18,218 nucleotides of DNA from Trueperaceae bacterium (lineage in GTDB: Bacteria; Deinococcota; Deinococci; Deinococcales; Trueperaceae), in the NCBI GenBank assembly GCA_035703635.1, contig DASSXV010000070.1, positions 1 to 18,218 on the forward strand, read 5' to 3'. The notes beneath the pieces were generated by a model. It did no database searches and was not told the DNA's origin. It worked only from the letters and a program-made list of their open reading frames with translations. The first letter of the stretch is position 1. Every line of letters starts with the position of its first letter. This document shows, in pieces, positions 8,845-16,851 of this stretch. Made by a program: the position numbers and the translations under genes.

Positions 8845-8852
8845 AGTATAAT
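8845..8852. promoter_or_regulatory. Overlapping divergent -10 elements: TATAAT (+, 8847-8852, tmRNA) and TATACT (-, 8845-8850, ABC ATPase)
   Basis: AGTATAAT is the only AT-rich stretch in the 77-bp divergent intergenic region. Confidence 0.65.
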
Positions 8853-8916
8853 CTGTGCAGGTCGGCTGGCGTAGGGCCGATCGGTTAGCCGCACTAGCGG
8901 ACCCCAACCCCAGAAC

Positions 8917-9274
8917 GGGGGCGACATGGTTTCGACGGGGCCCTTCCGAAGGTGAGGCTGCGCGTCGCGGAGGCAGCTGGCCGCGTTAACAAGCTGCCAC
9001 GCCATTAACTGGCAACAATAACTACGCTCTAGCTGCTTAATCGCAGTTAGCGTTCCCCGGAAGCCCCGCCCATGGCTCGCCGGTACGAACGTCCTAAAGT
9101 GGGCTGGCCTTAGGGTTCGGACGTTGACCCGCGGGGCGAGACTAATGACGTCTAAGCGCACGGCAGTGCCCGCCGCTGAGCCAGCCGCGCGCCGACAACC
9201 GATCAACGGCTACACGCGTAGACGCCCGCTGTAGGGGGTTTCGGACGCGGGTTCGACTCCCGCCGCCTCCACCA
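8917..9274 (+). ncRNA. ssrA: tmRNA
   Basis: 5' GGGGGCG pairs with 3' CGCCTCC-ACCA including the G3:U alanine identity pair. T-arm GCGGGTTCGACTCCCGC. Tag frame 9011-9040 encodes GNNNYALAA-stop. Confidence 0.97.
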
Positions 9275-9284
9275 GCAAGGTCGA

Positions 9285-9330
9285 CGAGCCGCCGCCTGGG
9301 TGTAAGCCCGGGCGGCGGCTCGCCCTTTTT
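9285..9330 (+). terminator. Intrinsic terminator of ssrA, possibly also ending the convergent TA transcript
   Basis: 16-bp stem CGAGCCGCCGCCTGGG (9285-9300) with CCCGGGCGGCGGCTCG (9307-9322), one G:U pair, followed by CCCTTTTT. Confidence 0.85.
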
Positions 9331-9351
9331 GTCACCGCGGCGAGCCCCGCC

Positions 9352-9681
9352 TCACCCGTCCAACAGCCGGCGCTCGAGCAGCGCCTGGAACGAGCGCTTC
9401 TCTGGTGCTAGCAGCACCACCTCGACTACTCCTAGGTTCACCCTGAAGACCACGCGCAGGCCGTCGGCTGTCACCACTTGACGTTCGGCGCGCCTGCCGA
9501 ACTGGCGCAGCTCAGGCACGACAACCGAAGTGAGCGAGTCGGCTGCGATGTCTTCCACGACCACCTCGAACGCGTCCAGAATCCGGGCCGCGAGGGCGGC
9601 GCCGCCCCGCGCGTAAGCGGAGGCGTACCACTCGTCCAGGTCGCGGGCGGCGCCGTCGGTGAGTAGCACGGGCCGCGCCAT
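9352..9681 (-). CDS. Type II toxin, RelE/ParE superfamily (ParE-like)
   Basis: 109 aa; N-terminal VLLTDGAARDLDE, later VVPELRQFG..ERQVV..GLRVVFRV and C-terminal RSFQALLERRLL. Coupled to the antitoxin by a TGATG overlap. Confidence 0.78.
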   Translation of the reverse strand: MARPVLLTDGAARDLDEWYASAYARGGAALAARILDAFEVVVEDIAADSLTSVVVPELRQFGRRAERQVVTADGLRVVFRVNLGVVEVVLLAPEKRSFQALLERRLLDG

Positions 9682-9947
9682 CAGCCGTCCAGCCGGTAAG
9701 CGGCGATAGCGTCCTCCGCCACCTCGAGCATGCCTTCCTCCACCTGCCTGTCAGCCAGCGAGAGGAGCTTGAGCAGCGCCGCGGTCTCGCGCAGCTGGTC
9801 GTAGGTGGCCACGTCGAGCAGCACGGCCTTGGCCTCGCCGTTCTGGGTGATCACCAACGGCTCCTGGTCGTCGACGAGCTCGCGAAGCAGCTCCGCCGCG
9901 TTGGCCTTTAGGTAGGAGATCGACCTGACCCTGCCTGATAAACGCAT
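9681..9947 (-). CDS. Type II antitoxin, Phd/YefM family
   Basis: 88 aa; ISYLKANAAELL and EPLVITQNGEAKAVLLDV..Y fit the Phd/YefM N-terminal DNA-binding domain. Confidence 0.9.
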   Translation of the reverse strand: MRLSGRVRSISYLKANAAELLRELVDDQEPLVITQNGEAKAVLLDVATYDQLRETAALLKLLSLADRQVEEGMLEVAEDAIAAYRLDG

Positions 9948-9953
9948 GGTACG

Positions 9954-9959
9954 AATTTA
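9954..9959 (-). promoter_or_regulatory. Putative -10 element (TAAATT) of a leaderless TA transcript
   Basis: TAAATT lies 6 nt upstream of the antitoxin ATG (9947); no SD present. Confidence 0.55.
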
Positions 9960-10002
9960 GTCTGTATTCGGGTCTAAGCGCAAGCGTGGGGCGCAGGACG
10001 GA

Positions 10003-10011
10003 TGCTAACCT
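10003..10011 (+). promoter_or_regulatory. Putative extended -10 promoter (TGcTAACCT) for the sugar ABC ATPase
   Basis: TGn-TAnnnT match upstream of RBS GGAGG (10036-10040). Confidence 0.5.
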
Positions 10012-10045
10012 CGACTCAACGACCACTCCCCGTTTGGAGGGCCAC

Positions 10046-11143
10046 ATGGCCGAAGTAGTCCTAGAACACGTTTACAAGAGGTTCGGAAACGTCACCGCCG
10101 TCAATGACTTCAGCCTTCACATCGCCGACGAAGAGTTCATGGTCTTCGTCGGACCGTCCGGTTGCGGCAAGACGACCACCCTGCGCATGATAGCCGGCCT
10201 CGAAGAGATCTCCGAGGGCACGTGCCGCATCGGCGACCGCATCGTCAACGACGTGCCACCCAAAGACCGCGACATCGCCATGGTGTTCCAGAACTACGCG
10301 CTCTACCCGCACATGAACGTGTACCAGAACATGTCGTTCGGGCTGCGCCTGCGCCACACGCCCAAGCCCGAGATCGACAAGCGCGTTCGTGACGCCGCCG
10401 GCATCCTGCAGATCGAGCACCTCCTCGACCGCAGGCCGCGCGAACTCTCCGGCGGTCAGCGCCAGCGCGTTGCCCTCGGGCGCGCCATCGTGCGTGAGCC
10501 GAAGGTCTTCCTCATGGACGAGCCGCTCTCCAACCTCGACGCCAAGCTGCGCGTCGAGATGCGCGCCAGCATCACCAAGCTTCACCAGCGCCTAGGCGTC
10601 ACCACGGTTTACGTCACGCACGACCAGGTTGAGGCCATGACGATGGGCACGCGCATCGTCGTCATGAAGGACGGCCTCATCCAGCAGGTCGACAGCCCCA
10701 TCAACCTCTACGACAAGCCAGTGAACAAGTTCGTCGCAGGCTTCATCGGCTCGCCCGCCATGAACTTCATGGTCGGCACCGTGCAAGACGGCCGCCTCAA
10801 GAGCCCACAGTTCGACCTCAAACCAGACGCCCAACTGGCATCCAAGCTCGCCAGCTACAACGGCAAGAAGGTCTACGTCGGGGTGCGGCCGGAAGCCATC
10901 GACCTCAAGGGCTACACCGACATCCCAGAGGGCGACAACATCATCCAGGCCACCGTCGACGTGGTCGAGCCGCTCGGCGCGGAGACGCACATCATCGCCT
11001 CCGTTGGTGGCGACCAGAGCATCGTCGCGCGCGTCGATCCCCACGCCCAGGTCAAGCCCGGCGACAAGATCGAGTTCCTCGCGCGCCTAAGCGCACTGCA
11101 CGCCTTCGACATGGAGTCCGAGAAGAACATCAGGTTCTCCTAA
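10046..11143 (+). CDS. Carbohydrate ABC transporter ATP-binding protein, MalK/MsmX/UgpC family
   Basis: GPSGCGKTTTLRMIAGLE, MVFQNYALYPHM, LSGGQRQRVALGR, MDEPLSNLDAKLR and a C-terminal TOBE region (VVEPLGAET). GGAGG 5 nt before ATG 10046. Confidence 0.95.
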   Translation: MAEVVLEHVYKRFGNVTAVNDFSLHIADEEFMVFVGPSGCGKTTTLRMIAGLEEISEGTCRIGDRIVNDVPPKDRDIAMVFQNYALYPHMNVYQNMSFGLRLRHTPKPEIDKRVRDAAGILQIEHLLDRRPRELSGGQRQRVALGRAIVREPKVFLMDEPLSNLDAKLRVEMRASITKLHQRLGVTTVYVTHDQVEAMTMGTRIVVMKDGLIQQVDSPINLYDKPVNKFVAGFIGSPAMNFMVGTVQDGRLKSPQFDLKPDAQLASKLASYNGKKVYVGVRPEAIDLKGYTDIPEGDNIIQATVDVVEPLGAETHIIASVGGDQSIVARVDPHAQVKPGDKIEFLARLSALHAFDMESEKNIRFS

Positions 11144-11234
11144 GGAGCAAGCAACGCGGTAGCGGCGTCCAGAGCGTGCCCTGGACGCCAGGGCACGGGG
11201 GCGCGGTCAGGAACGGCGGTAGACTAGCTACCGC

Positions 11235-13190
11235 ATGCTCCTGGCCGCGCTTCATTCAGTTGAGAAGGTCTACGGCGACCAAGTCGTCCTCGACGCCGCA
11301 ACGCTCGAGCTCAGGGACGGCGACCGCGTCGCCCTCATCGGCCGTAACGGCTCGGGCAAGTCGACGCTCCTCAAGCTCCTCATGCGCAGCGAGGAGCCGG
11401 ACCGTGGCACCGTTTACCACGCAGAAGACACGCGTCTCGCGCTCCTGGAGCAAGACCCGCGCTTCGATGCTGCCGAGACCATCGTCAGCATCTCGGAACG
11501 CGCCTTCGCCGAACTAGATGAGCTCGAGGAGCGCCTCAACGGGTTGGAGGCCGCCGGCCTTGACGACCCGGAGCGCTACCACCGCTGGGAGGTACTGCAC
11601 GCGGCCTTCGAACGCCGCGGCGGCTACGCGCGCCGCGCGCGCCGCGACGCCGTGCTCGACGCCCTCGGCTTCAAGGGTAGGCACGATGAGACGGTGGCGC
11701 GCCTCTCCGGCGGCGAACGTACCCGCCTGGGTCTCGCCCGCCTGCTCATGGCGCAACCGGACGTGCTCCTCCTCGACGAGCCAACTAACCACCTAGACAT
11801 GGAGATGCGCTCGTGGCTCGAGGGTCACCTTTCGCGCTACCCCGGCGCGGCGCTCATCGTGTCGCACGACCGCGCGTTCCTCGACGGCGCATGCAGCCGC
11901 ACGGTCGAGGTCAGCCGCGGGGACCTCAAGCAGGGCAACGGCAATCCGACTGCCTACCGCGAGGCGCGTGTCGAGGCCGAGCGCATCCAGGCCCTCACCC
12001 GCGCCAACCAGGAGCGCGAACACCAACGGCTAGACGCCGCGGCCGACCAGATGAAGCGTTGGGCGGGCCAGAACGCCAAGCTCCACCGCCGCGCCAAGGC
12101 CATGGAGCGGCGCGCCGAGCGCTACGAGGACGGCATGATCGACGAGGTCGCCAGCGCGGAGCGCACGACGCGCTTCGCTTTCGACTGCGACCCTAGCGGT
12201 GAGATCGTGTTGACCGCCGAGCACATGAGCAAGAGCTTCGGGCAGCGGCGCCTCCTCGACGACGTCACGCTCGAACTGCGGCAAGGTGAGCGCGTCGCCC
12301 TAGTTGGGCCGAACGGGGCAGGCAAGACGACCCTCCTACGCATGCTCCTTGGCGACCTCACGTCCGACCATCCGTTGGGAAGCGTGCGCACTGGCGCGCG
12401 CGTGCGCCTCGGGTACTACGACCAGGAACTCCGCAGCGTAGCCGGCGAAGCCACCCTCTTCGAGGAGTTGCTGCGCCGCATGGGCGACGCGGAGGCGCAC
12501 AACGCCCTCGGTCGCTTCCTCTTCCCGTACGAGGCGCAGTTCAAGCGCGTCCACGACCTCTCGGGCGGCGAACGCGCCCGCCTCGCGCTCCTCAACCTGA
12601 CGCTGGACCGCCGCAACCTCCTCGTGCTCGACGAGCCGACCAACCACCTCGACGTCGAGATGATCGAGGCGCTCGAGGCCGCCTTGGCTGATTACGCGGG
12701 CACCCTGCTGCTCGTGTCGCACGACCGGCGCTTCCTCGCCAAGCTGGCCACGCGCGTGTGGGAAGTAAGTGGCGGGCGCTTCACGGATCACCGCGGCGAC
12801 TGGGAGTACTACCTGCGCAAGCGCAGCAGGGCGGCGCAAGTCGTGCCAGAGCACACGCCCCAGAAGTCGGCCGTGCCGGTCACGCGCGCGGCCGCCGGAC
12901 CGTCGCGTTGGCAGCTCGAGCGCACGCTGACCGCCTTGGAGGACGAGATCCACGGGGTAGAGGAGCGCCTCGCCAACATCACGGAACTCCTGGGCCGGCC
13001 AGCCGACGTGACCGTGAGCGCCCTGCGAGGATTGCAGGTCGGCGCCTGGGATGAACCCGGCCCACCACCCTCGAACGGTGAGTTGTTGGCCGCGCTTGCC
13101 ACCGAACATGCCACGCTAGAGACGACGCTCCTCGGGCACATGGAGGAGTGGGACGACATCACGGGTAGGCTCACAGCCAAGGAGGCGTGA
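11235..13190 (+). CDS. ABC-F family ribosome-associated ATPase (Uup/YdiF-like)
   Basis: Two NBDs (GRNGSGKST...LSGGERTR...LDEPTNHLD and GPNGAGKTT...LSGGERAR...LDEPTNHLD), a helical inter-domain linker, a C-terminal coiled coil and no transmembrane segments. Confidence 0.93.
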   Translation: MLLAALHSVEKVYGDQVVLDAATLELRDGDRVALIGRNGSGKSTLLKLLMRSEEPDRGTVYHAEDTRLALLEQDPRFDAAETIVSISERAFAELDELEERLNGLEAAGLDDPERYHRWEVLHAAFERRGGYARRARRDAVLDALGFKGRHDETVARLSGGERTRLGLARLLMAQPDVLLLDEPTNHLDMEMRSWLEGHLSRYPGAALIVSHDRAFLDGACSRTVEVSRGDLKQGNGNPTAYREARVEAERIQALTRANQEREHQRLDAAADQMKRWAGQNAKLHRRAKAMERRAERYEDGMIDEVASAERTTRFAFDCDPSGEIVLTAEHMSKSFGQRRLLDDVTLELRQGERVALVGPNGAGKTTLLRMLLGDLTSDHPLGSVRTGARVRLGYYDQELRSVAGEATLFEELLRRMGDAEAHNALGRFLFPYEAQFKRVHDLSGGERARLALLNLTLDRRNLLVLDEPTNHLDVEMIEALEAALADYAGTLLLVSHDRRFLAKLATRVWEVSGGRFTDHRGDWEYYLRKRSRAAQVVPEHTPQKSAVPVTRAAAGPSRWQLERTLTALEDEIHGVEERLANITELLGRPADVTVSALRGLQVGAWDEPGPPPSNGELLAALATEHATLETTLLGHMEEWDDITGRLTAKEA

Positions 13191-13195
13191 TCTGA

Positions 13196-13957
13196 ATGCA
13201 ACGCGTTCGTTACCGTAGCTTCGACGGGGTCCATTGGGGCGAGCTCGAGGGTGGCATGATCCACCAGTTGACGGGCATGCTAGGCGCCATCAGCGGCCAC
13301 ACCGTGCCACTGAGCGACGTGTCGCTGTTACCGCCATGCGACCCGAGCGTCATCGTCTGCGTTGGCCGCAACTACGCGGATCACATCCGCGAGCTGGGCA
13401 ACGACAAGAGCGGCCTGCCTACCGAGCCTGGCCTCTTCCTCAAGGGGCTCAACACCCTGAGCGGGGCGGGTGACGACGTGCCGTACCCGAGCTGGACGAG
13501 CGACCTGCAGTACGAGGGCGAGCTCGCCGTCGTCATCGCTCGCGAGATGCGCAACGTGGCGGCTGACGACGCCCTCGATTACGTGCTCGGCTACACCTGC
13601 GCGCTCGACGTCACGGCACGCGATAAGCAGCGGAGCGACCTGCAGTGGGTGAGAGGCAAGTCGGCCGACGGCTTCTGCCCGGTCGGCCCGTGGCTGGAGA
13701 CGGACCTAGACCCAGCGAACTTGCGCCTGACGTTGCAAGTCAACGGTGAGACCAAGCAGTCTGGCACTACCGCCGACATGATCTTCCCCGTAGCTGAGGT
13801 CTTGTCGTACATCAGCCGCTTCATGACGCTCGGGCCTGGCGACGTCGTCCTGACCGGTACCCCGGAGGGCGTAGGCAAGCTGCATGTCGGCGACACCGTA
13901 GAGGTGACCGTCGAGGGCATCGGCACCCTGACGAACCAAGTCGTCGCCGAGGGTTAG
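13196..13957 (+). CDS. Fumarylacetoacetate hydrolase family protein
   Basis: IVCVGRNYADH, YEGELAVVI, DVTARDKQ, GKSADGFCPVGP and LGPGDVVLTGTPEGVG. AAGGAGG at 13179-13185. Confidence 0.93.
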   Translation: MQRVRYRSFDGVHWGELEGGMIHQLTGMLGAISGHTVPLSDVSLLPPCDPSVIVCVGRNYADHIRELGNDKSGLPTEPGLFLKGLNTLSGAGDDVPYPSWTSDLQYEGELAVVIAREMRNVAADDALDYVLGYTCALDVTARDKQRSDLQWVRGKSADGFCPVGPWLETDLDPANLRLTLQVNGETKQSGTTADMIFPVAEVLSYISRFMTLGPGDVVLTGTPEGVGKLHVGDTVEVTVEGIGTLTNQVVAEG

Positions 13958-13968
13958 GCCGGCTCAGG

Positions 13969-14991
13969 TTGAACACGCTAGACAACCTAGACGCGAGCAT
14001 GCTGCGCGCGGGCAGCGTTGACCCTTTGAACGTGCCGCCCGACTACCCGCGCGTGCGCGACCTCGGCGGCGTGCTGCAACTAGACACTGGCCACCTAGGT
14101 AACCCAGGCACCATCGCGGTGTTCGTGCTGCCGCTGCCAACGGGCGGGTTCGCCATGATCGAGTCCGGGCCAGGCAGCACGCTGGCAGCGGTGGAGGCCG
14201 GGCTGCGCAACGCTGGCCTCGACGTCGCCGACCTGCGCTACCTCCTCCTCACCCACATCCACCTCGATCACGCCGCCGCGGCAGGCGCGCTGGTGGCGCG
14301 CAGCAACGCCAAGGTCATCGTGCACGAGCGCGGCGCGCCGCACGTCATCGACCCGAGCCGCCTCATGGCCAGCGCCTTGCGCGTGTACGGTGACGCGCTC
14401 GAGCCGCTGTGGGGCCACATGGAGCCGGTGCCGCAGGCGAACGTCACGGCTGTCGGGGGCGGCGAGTCCCTCGACGTCGGGGGCGTGCGCGTGCGCGTCA
14501 TCTACACGCCGGGGCACGCAGCGCACCACGTCAGTTACCTGCTCGACGACGGCAGCATGTTCACTGGAGACAGCGCGGGCGTGAAGCTGGGTGGCGCCGA
14601 CCTGCTGCGGCCGGCACTGCCGCCGCCCGACCTCGACCTGGAGGCCTGGCAGGAGAGCGTGTCACGCATGCTCGCGGCAGGGCCGGAGCGGCTGATCCTC
14701 ACCCACTTCGGGCCGGTGACCGGCGCCGTCGCCGCCGCTGAACACTTGCAGCACACGCTCGAGCGCAACCGCGTCTGGAGCGAGAACGTCCTAGCCGGCA
14801 TGCGAGCGGGGGAGGACAACGCCGCCCTCGTGGCGCGCGTGCGGCACATGGAGGACGTCGAGCTCGCAGAGGCTAGGGTGCTGCCCGGCATCGCCATGCG
14901 TTACAAGATCACGTCGGACGCGTCGATGACGGTAGGCGGGCTGAGCCGCTACTTCACCAAGCTGCACCCTGAACGGCTGCAGGTCGAGTGA
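13969..14991 (+). CDS. MBL-fold metallo-hydrolase
   Basis: THIHLDH (HxHxDH), TPGHAAHH, FTGDSAG and THFG. Start uncertain (TTG 13969 or ATG 13999). Confidence 0.88.
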   Translation: MNTLDNLDASMLRAGSVDPLNVPPDYPRVRDLGGVLQLDTGHLGNPGTIAVFVLPLPTGGFAMIESGPGSTLAAVEAGLRNAGLDVADLRYLLLTHIHLDHAAAAGALVARSNAKVIVHERGAPHVIDPSRLMASALRVYGDALEPLWGHMEPVPQANVTAVGGGESLDVGGVRVRVIYTPGHAAHHVSYLLDDGSMFTGDSAGVKLGGADLLRPALPPPDLDLEAWQESVSRMLAAGPERLILTHFGPVTGAVAAAEHLQHTLERNRVWSENVLAGMRAGEDNAALVARVRHMEDVELAEARVLPGIAMRYKITSDASMTVGGLSRYFTKLHPERLQVE

Positions 14992-15623
14992 GCGGCTCGC
15001 CTACTCCGCAGGGCACCTTCCCGCTCGGCAGGCAGGCGCGGCTTGCCGTGCTGGCGTCCGGGCGTGGCTCGAACATGCTGGCGTTGCTGCGGGCGTTCCC
15101 GGCTACCAACCCGCTCGGCAGGGTGGCGTTGGTCATCAGCAACATGGCGGGTGCAGCGGCCCTCGAGTCAGCTCAGAACGCCGGCGTAGACGCGCAGTAC
15201 GTGCCGTGGCCCGATCGCGCCGCCTTCGAGGCGGAGGCCGGTCGCCTCCTGCGCGACGCCGAGATAGACGTCGTGTGCCTCGCCGGCTTCATGCGCTTGT
15301 TGTCACCGGCGTTCGTTGGCGCTTGGGCGGGGCGACTGGTGAACGTGCACCCGAGCCTGCTGCCCTCGTTCCCCGGACTCGACGCCCACGGGCAAGCGCT
15401 GCGGGCCGGGGTAGCCGAGTCCGGCTGCAGCGTGCACTTGGTTGACGCGGGAGTGGACAGCGGCCCGGTCATACTCCAACGCCGCGTGAAGGTGCTGCCT
15501 GGCGACGATAGCGCCGCGCTCGCCGCCCGCGTGCTTGTCGAGGAGCACGAAGCGTATCCGGAGGCGCTGCGGCGCCTGCTCACGGGCGAGTGGCGGCCGC
15601 CCGCGGTTGAGGCGACCTCGTGA
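14988..15623 (+). CDS. purN: Phosphoribosylglycinamide formyltransferase
   Basis: LASGRGSN, LAGFMRLLS, NVHPSLLPSFPG, GCSVHLVDAGVDSGPVI and EEH. GTGA overlaps with both neighbours. Confidence 0.95.
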   Translation: MSGSPTPQGTFPLGRQARLAVLASGRGSNMLALLRAFPATNPLGRVALVISNMAGAAALESAQNAGVDAQYVPWPDRAAFEAEAGRLLRDAEIDVVCLAGFMRLLSPAFVGAWAGRLVNVHPSLLPSFPGLDAHGQALRAGVAESGCSVHLVDAGVDSGPVILQRRVKVLPGDDSAALAARVLVEEHEAYPEALRRLLTGEWRPPAVEATS

Positions 15624-16819
15624 AGGTCGTCGTCGTTGGTACAGGTGGACGTGAGGAGGCCCTGTGCTGGGCGCTGCGGCAGGGCGACGCCACCGTAGCA
15701 GCCGTCGCGGCCAGCGGCTCGGTAGCCGAGCTGGCGGCAGCCGTGCTGGCTGAGGGGCCGGGACTCGTCGTGATCGGCCCGGAGGCGCCGTTGGTTGCCG
15801 GGTTGGCCGACGCCTTGCGCGCTGCAGGGGTGCCCGTGTTCGGACCGTCGCGCCACGCTGCGCGGCTCGAGGGCTCGAAGGCGTTCTCCAAGGCGTTCAT
15901 GCGCAAGCATGGCGTGCCGACCGCCGACTACCAGACCTTCACCGACCTCACGGCGGCTCTCGGTTACCTCGCCACCAAGTCGGCGCCCATCGTCGTCAAA
16001 GACTCTGGGCTGGCGGCGGGGAAGGGCGTGACGGTCGCCGAGACCCACGCCGCGGCCGAGGCCGCGCTGCACACCTTGTTCGCGAGGGGCGGCCCGAACA
16101 CGGAGGTCGTCATCGAGGAGTTCCTGACGGGCCGCGAACTCACGGTCATGCTCTTCACCGACGGGCGCCACCACCGCCTGCTGCCCCTGGCACGCGACCA
16201 CAAGCGCCTCCTCGACGGCGACCATGGCGCCATGACGGGCGGCATGGGGGCCGTTGCTCCGGTGGCCCTAAGCGAGCCGGGACTCCTGGACGTCATCGAG
16301 CGCACCATCATCGCGCCAGTGCTTGAGGGCATCGCAGCCGAAGACATGCTCTACCGCGGCGTGCTCTACGTCGGCATCATGCTCACGCCAGCTGGCCCGC
16401 GGGTCCTCGAGTTCAACGTGCGCTTGGGCGACCCGGAGGCGCAAGCGGTCCTCCCCCTGTTGGCGTCCAACGCAGCGGAACTCTTCCTCGCCGTTGCCGA
16501 GGGCCGCTTGGGTGAGGCGGACGTCAGGTGGCACCCCGCCCATACCGCCTGCGTGGTCATGGCAGCGCCAGGCTACCCGGACGCGCCGCTGAAGGGGGTG
16601 CCCGTGAAGCTTCCCGCCGACCTTCCGAACGGAGTTCACGTATTCAAGGGCGGGCTCAAGGCGGGTGCAGTCCCGGGCGCGTTCACGACGAGCGGCGGGC
16701 GCGTGCTGAGCGTCGTTGCCGTTGCTCCGACCGCGGCGGAGGCGCGGGCCGCAGCGTACGCGGGCGTTGCCGCAATTACGTTCCCTGGCGCACAGTTCCG
16801 CACTGACATCGGGTCATAA
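15620..16819 (+). CDS. purD: Phosphoribosylamine-glycine ligase (GAR synthetase)
   Basis: VGTGGRE, IGPEAPL, ARLEGSKAFSK, KDSGLAAGKGV, DHKRLLDGD..TGGMGA, EFNVRLGDPE, TSGGRVL and FRTDIG. Confidence 0.93.
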   Translation: MKVVVVGTGGREEALCWALRQGDATVAAVAASGSVAELAAAVLAEGPGLVVIGPEAPLVAGLADALRAAGVPVFGPSRHAARLEGSKAFSKAFMRKHGVPTADYQTFTDLTAALGYLATKSAPIVVKDSGLAAGKGVTVAETHAAAEAALHTLFARGGPNTEVVIEEFLTGRELTVMLFTDGRHHRLLPLARDHKRLLDGDHGAMTGGMGAVAPVALSEPGLLDVIERTIIAPVLEGIAAEDMLYRGVLYVGIMLTPAGPRVLEFNVRLGDPEAQAVLPLLASNAAELFLAVAEGRLGEADVRWHPAHTACVVMAAPGYPDAPLKGVPVKLPADLPNGVHVFKGGLKAGAVPGAFTTSGGRVLSVVAVAPTAAEARAAAYAGVAAITFPGAQFRTDIGS

Positions 16820-16839
16820 CAAGCGCGCGATTGGCGCGG

Positions 16840-16845
16840 TAGACT
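16840..16845 (+). promoter_or_regulatory. Putative -10 element (TAGACT) of a leaderless lipoprotein-dxs transcript
   Basis: TAGACT 6 nt before ATG 16852 with no SD. The same GCGGTAGACT occurs upstream of the ABC-F gene (11216-11225). Confidence 0.6.
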
Positions 16846-16851
16846 CGGCGC

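Noticed and set aside
8748-9206. 152-aa minus-strand ORF across the ABC ATPase start and tmRNA
   Set aside because: The region is explained by tmRNA on the plus strand.
9352-9700. Toxin and antitoxin both end in LDG-stop with similar DNA
   Set aside because: The match is only about a dozen bases in GC-rich sequence and is plausibly chance.
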